A stretch of DNA of 17,746 nt from assembly GCA_039799905.1 (NCBI GenBank), contig JBDLRP010000002.1, forward strand, positions 1 to 17,746. The letters are read 5' to 3'. The stretch is from Pseudomonadota bacterium (GTDB lineage Bacteria; Bdellovibrionota_B; Oligoflexia; Silvanigrellales; Silvanigrellaceae). Positions within the stretch are counted from its first letter, which is position 1; each line of letters begins with the position of its first letter. The notes below the pieces were generated by a model. That model saw only the letters and a list, made by a program, of their open reading frames with translations. It did not search any database and was not told the origin of the DNA. Made by a program: the position numbers and the translations under genes. Shown here piece after piece: positions 13,975 to 17,746 of this stretch.

Positions 13975-16704
13975 ATGAAGAAACATCTGCGTTTCCTGCT
14001 TGGATGCGTGGCCGTTTTAACACTCGTCGGATGCGAGGGAGACAACTCTTCCTCGTCATCCGACGAGGTTATTTCAATTTCGGCGCCACCCACCAACCCT
14101 GATTCACCCGCACTCGACAACCCGTCCAACCGTTCCGGTGAACCGACGCTGGCGGCAGACACCGAGTGCAGCGAGCCGCGCACCAGCGCCTTGCTGCCAG
14201 CCATCGTTGAAAATGAAAACAACGTACAGCCGACGATGTCGTTTGAGGAACTCAAGCAACAAATCGACACCGCCTGTGCCAGCTGCCATCTTGCTCCCGC
14301 GTCGAAGACGGGCGGATTTTGGTATGCCTCGTCACATGACAAGGCCGAGGTGCGTTTCAACGGTCAGAAGGTTGTTGTCGCAGGACTCGCAGACACTGCA
14401 GATGTTCTGCAGAAGGTATTGTCCAATAATCGGATGCCGCCACAAAACATGCGCGCCGCCGCCCCACAAAAATACACCCGCCTGCAAAGCCTGCTGGAAG
14501 ACTGGATCGCTGCCGGCAAACCAGCCGGTCGCTTTCCAATAAAGTTGGATGCCGACTCAGCAAAACAAGCCGCAAGGCAAAAACAATCCGATCTGGGCAG
14601 CTGTATTCCGCGCACCGATCAAATCGGTGTTGATGCTGAAAAAGACGAACTCTTTTTGAATGCCACACAGCTTCCTGAAAAGCTCTCACAGACTGATTTG
14701 TTCACGCTCGACAGCCTCGCCCTCGCACGCAGAGGCACGCTCTCTTACAACGTGGAATATCCGCTGTGGGCAGACAACGCCGAAAAAGGCCGCTATGTTC
14801 ACTTCCCAGCTGTGTGGGACGAGGCAAAACAAAAATGGAAGCCCTCGGGTGCACGCTATGACCCAGTTTCCAAACAGCTTGAAATTCCACCCAACACGCG
14901 CTTCTACAAGACCTTCTACAAGGCTGTAAAAAGCAAATCTGGCGAAACTCTCTTCCGTAAGGTTGAGACGCGCATTTTAGTGGTCAGAAAGTCTCCTCAA
15001 GAGCCCCTTCTGGGCAGCTACAAATGGAACGAGACGGAGTCCGAGGCGACACTTGTCACACTGCCTTATCGCGACGGTACGCCTTTCAAAGACGACATCT
15101 TCAAAATTGTCGTTGATGAAAATACTGGCAAGACAAGAAAATATGCGATTCCCGGCAAACAGCGCTGCGTTGAATGCCACAAAGGTACCGACGATTACGT
15201 GCTCGGCTTTACGCCCTTGCAACTCAACCGTCGGCCTTTCGGTGCGGCCGGCCGCGATCGCGACATCGGGGCCGATGAAGTGAGCCAGATTGTCCGCTTC
15301 ATTGATGCCGGAATTCTCAACAACGTCAGCAGCGCAGCTGAATTGCCTGTTCTCGAAGATTCAAACGGCCGTCAGGCGCGAAATGTTCACGAAACCCGGT
15401 TGCAGGGCTACATGGTCGGCAACTGTGCGCATTGCCACAATCCCGACGGTTTCGCGATGAAAGACAACAAAGTTGCGCTCGACCTGCGCGAAGGGCAGCT
15501 GTTTGATTTCGACCTGCGCCGCATCACCCGCGACTCAACCCGCAGCAGCCCCAAATATTTCGCAAAAGCCGGTGACCTCAATCAGAGCCAACTCTACCTG
15601 CGCGTTTCAGCATCCAAAATTGGCGATGGCGGCCGCTATCTGCCGATGCCGATGCACACTCCGGGCGACGCCAACTGCAAACTGCTCAACCTCACTGCCA
15701 AGTGGATATATTCATTGTCGTCTGATCCTACTGTCGCAGCAAAGGCGGATACCGAACCGATAGCATGCGAACCAGACGATGATTTTCATTGGGTTGACCT
15801 CGACATGACGTGGCCAAATTCAAAAGACTTTGTGCCCCGCAGGGCCGACTGGAAAGATCCCGTGAACGGCATGCCGGCCAAATTCGCGGCGTTGGTTCAG
15901 GATCCGCGGCTTACGAAAATTCTTCGCACCCAAGTGCCTGTTGATTTTTGGGAGCGGGTTGCAGATGCGCAAGGGAAACCCGTTGCAAAATGTGATTTCC
16001 CGCCAAAAACACCGCCGCGAAAACCTCCGGCATGGATGCTCGATAACAAAGGCGCGCTTAAACAACCTGCCAATGAGCTCTATACTCTGACTCCGGGCGC
16101 GCATTTCTACAATTCCACCTGCGCCAAGTGCCACGGCAACACAGCCGACGGCAGATCGGGTCTGGCAACCAACCTTCTCACACTCACCGGTGGTTCGATT
16201 CGCGTTGCCAATCTCAAAGACGGAATGTTCGGGCCAGGCAACGACAAGATATTCGAAGTCCCCGATTCGCGCGGCAAGACACGCAATCTGCTCGGAAACT
16301 ACCTCATCTGGATGGCCATGGAAGGAACGCGCGTCACCTTTCCGCCGGAAATGGAACCATTCGTAGGCCGTCACAAGGCACAGATGCTCAATCAGCTGCG
16401 TGAGCGTTGCAAAAACTTCATCGCGAGCTCGCCGCAAAAAGCGACCGACAGGATGAAGGACTACCTTGCTTTCAAAGATGTGTGCTTCTTCAACAACGGC
16501 AAGCCGACAGACAGGCAGCTGCAGTTTGACCCCAACACAGATCAGCCTATCAATCCGGCTGCGCTGGAAGCTTGGGCAGACAAAGCTGCCATCAATGTCG
16601 GCTGGGCGATTTATGACTACATGAAGAACGAAGGCGCGGCCGGAAAATGGCAACCCGCAAAAAACGAGTGCGACAAAGTGCACCCGTTGCGTCCTGCGCA
16701 GTAA
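13975..16704 (+). CDS. Large tetraheme c-type cytochrome lipoprotein with a central SO2930-family-like diheme module
   Basis: Lipobox LVGC (Cys20). CxxCH at aa 101 (CASCH), 398 (CVECH), 484 (CAHCH) and 716 (CAKCH). Central motifs LSQTDLF, PLWADNAEK.R, KTF, ETRIL, YKW, YAIP, NCAHCHNP and MP. Confidence 0.85.
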   Translation: MKKHLRFLLGCVAVLTLVGCEGDNSSSSSDEVISISAPPTNPDSPALDNPSNRSGEPTLAADTECSEPRTSALLPAIVENENNVQPTMSFEELKQQIDTACASCHLAPASKTGGFWYASSHDKAEVRFNGQKVVVAGLADTADVLQKVLSNNRMPPQNMRAAAPQKYTRLQSLLEDWIAAGKPAGRFPIKLDADSAKQAARQKQSDLGSCIPRTDQIGVDAEKDELFLNATQLPEKLSQTDLFTLDSLALARRGTLSYNVEYPLWADNAEKGRYVHFPAVWDEAKQKWKPSGARYDPVSKQLEIPPNTRFYKTFYKAVKSKSGETLFRKVETRILVVRKSPQEPLLGSYKWNETESEATLVTLPYRDGTPFKDDIFKIVVDENTGKTRKYAIPGKQRCVECHKGTDDYVLGFTPLQLNRRPFGAAGRDRDIGADEVSQIVRFIDAGILNNVSSAAELPVLEDSNGRQARNVHETRLQGYMVGNCAHCHNPDGFAMKDNKVALDLREGQLFDFDLRRITRDSTRSSPKYFAKAGDLNQSQLYLRVSASKIGDGGRYLPMPMHTPGDANCKLLNLTAKWIYSLSSDPTVAAKADTEPIACEPDDDFHWVDLDMTWPNSKDFVPRRADWKDPVNGMPAKFAALVQDPRLTKILRTQVPVDFWERVADAQGKPVAKCDFPPKTPPRKPPAWMLDNKGALKQPANELYTLTPGAHFYNSTCAKCHGNTADGRSGLATNLLTLTGGSIRVANLKDGMFGPGNDKIFEVPDSRGKTRNLLGNYLIWMAMEGTRVTFPPEMEPFVGRHKAQMLNQLRERCKNFIASSPQKATDRMKDYLAFKDVCFFNNGKPTDRQLQFDPNTDQPINPAALEAWADKAAINVGWAIYDYMKNEGAAGKWQPAKNECDKVHPLRPAQ

Positions 16705-16709
16705 TCACT

Positions 16710-16750
16710 CGCTCCGCTCATGTACGAGCGAAGCGGAGGCACTTTTATTT
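16710..16750 (+). terminator. Hairpin between convergent genes, possible terminator
   Basis: CGCTCCGCTC-atgtac-GAGCGAAGCG (9 of 10 pairs) followed by GAGGCACTTTTATTT. Confidence 0.4.
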
Positions 16751-17314
16751 ATCCAATTTAACAAAGCAGCCCATAAAGATTTCCGACGTGTCGATGCCGA
16801 CCGTCGGATCTTTGTATGACAAATATGCGTTCAACATCGACGCGCCCTCGCCATCGTTCTCGGCGCGAATTTCCAGATCATAAATCTCACGAGACTTTCC
16901 ATTCATTTCTGCAAAAACCTCAATATCGAACTTACTGCCCTTGAGGTCCATTTCAAGATCAAGCATGCGCTTGCTGACTTCGTGTGAGAAGAGCTGGTAC
17001 TTAGCCAGATCGGGAGTCAACTGGTTGGGAACCTGCGAGGGGTTTTCTTTATTTGCAAACGCTTCAACCACCAATGCTTCCAGCTTGCCGCCGTTGATCG
17101 TCGCGCGTGTTCGGACGAAATTCAATTTCGAATCGACTCCGGCACATTCGAGCACTCCACGCTCTTTCTCAAGAGCATGAACGCTGCGCGCCGCCTCAGA
17201 TTTACTATAGTCAATTCCTCCTGATTTATCTTTCTTGCCGCTTAGTTCTGAAGTCTTAACCTGACACGCGGTCGCAAGGAACGATGCAGTCAAAAAGCAA
17301 GTCATGAGTTTCAT
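16745..17314 (-). CDS. Hypothetical lipoprotein
   Basis: SD GAGGAG precedes ATG 17314; MKLMTCFLTASFLATAC is a lipoprotein-type signal; 189 aa; no recognisable domain. Confidence 0.8.
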   Translation of the reverse strand: MKLMTCFLTASFLATACQVKTSELSGKKDKSGGIDYSKSEAARSVHALEKERGVLECAGVDSKLNFVRTRATINGGKLEALVVEAFANKENPSQVPNQLTPDLAKYQLFSHEVSKRMLDLEMDLKGSKFDIEVFAEMNGKSREIYDLEIRAENDGEGASMLNAYLSYKDPTVGIDTSEIFMGCFVKLDK

Positions 17315-17384
17315 TTTCTTCTCCTCTAAATAGTTTGCAGACACGCTCGCGCCGACCAACTGACCGACGCAGTTTTTACAAATT

Positions 17385-17744
17385 TCAATCGGTGTAGTCG
17401 TCGGACTGACCATTGCTCAGGAACACAGAACATCGGCTTCGTTCGTCATCCAAAATACATTCAAGAATCATTTTGTTGTCTGAACTCGTGAAACGCTTGT
17501 ACATCGAACCCTGCAAGTCCCACTCTTTCACTTCCAGTGACGAATAAAGCCGCTTGGCGTCCACTGCACGGCTCAAGTGGAACATGTGCTCGTTGGCATC
17601 GCTGTCCGAACTTAAAAAGTTTTCCGCGCTGGCGGGCTTCGTCTTCAACGTCAGTGTACAAACCTTGGACACCGCTTTCTGGCAGTGCAGCTGAAGGTCG
17701 TCACCACTGCTGCTGAAGAGCTTCTGCGGCTCGCGGACCAACGG
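17385..17744 (-). CDS. Hypothetical protein with internal Cys-pair repeat (5'-partial)
   Basis: The frame is open to the window edge and contains two similar segments of the form KxFxSx(G/D)...C...CxhxL. Confidence 0.7.
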   Translation of the reverse strand, partial: PLVREPQKLFSSSGDDLQLHCQKAVSKVCTLTLKTKPASAENFLSSDSDANEHMFHLSRAVDAKRLYSSLEVKEWDLQGSMYKRFTSSDNKMILECILDDERSRCSVFLSNGQSDDYTD

Positions 17745-17746
17745 AG

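Noticed and set aside
15820..16683. 287-aa minus-strand ORF, and similar ones at 4428-5081, 5036-5644 and 13357-13986
   Set aside because: These are antisense shadows of well-supported genes and have no recognisable motifs.
1..17746. CRISPR arrays, IS elements, prophage genes, tRNA/rRNA
   Set aside because: No regularly spaced repeats, transposase or integrase motifs, or RNA-gene signatures were seen, and the intergenic gaps are short.

Overview
Gene-dense bacterial chromosomal window with no mobile element, CRISPR array or RNA gene that I can recognise. It contains: (1) a 5'-truncated lipoprotein esterase of the LpqC/PHB-depolymerase type; (2) a tightly coupled five-gene catabolic operon at 1227-6535 (HMG-CoA-lyase-family enzyme, LeuC/LeuD-like hydro-lyase pair, family III CoA-transferase, cyclic amidohydrolase), preceded by a leader with a strong terminator hairpin; (3) a secreted DUF4360-like protein and ogt; (4) a block at about 7.9-16.7 kb that looks like a phosphate-starvation island, with an exported CYTH-like protein, a lipocalin, a degenerate ABC1/UbiB-like protein, PlsC/OlsA plus an M14 hydrolase, OlsB, and a pstS followed directly by a 909-aa tetraheme cytochrome c lipoprotein instead of pstCAB, with 11-bp-period Pho-box-like repeats before four units; (5) two hypothetical proteins on the minus strand. 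The best candidates for undescribed systems are the PstS-multiheme cytochrome pair, the imide/citraconate-type catabolic operon with its leader, and the OlsA-M14-OlsB aminolipid module. All family assignments come from motif recognition by eye; no database search was run.
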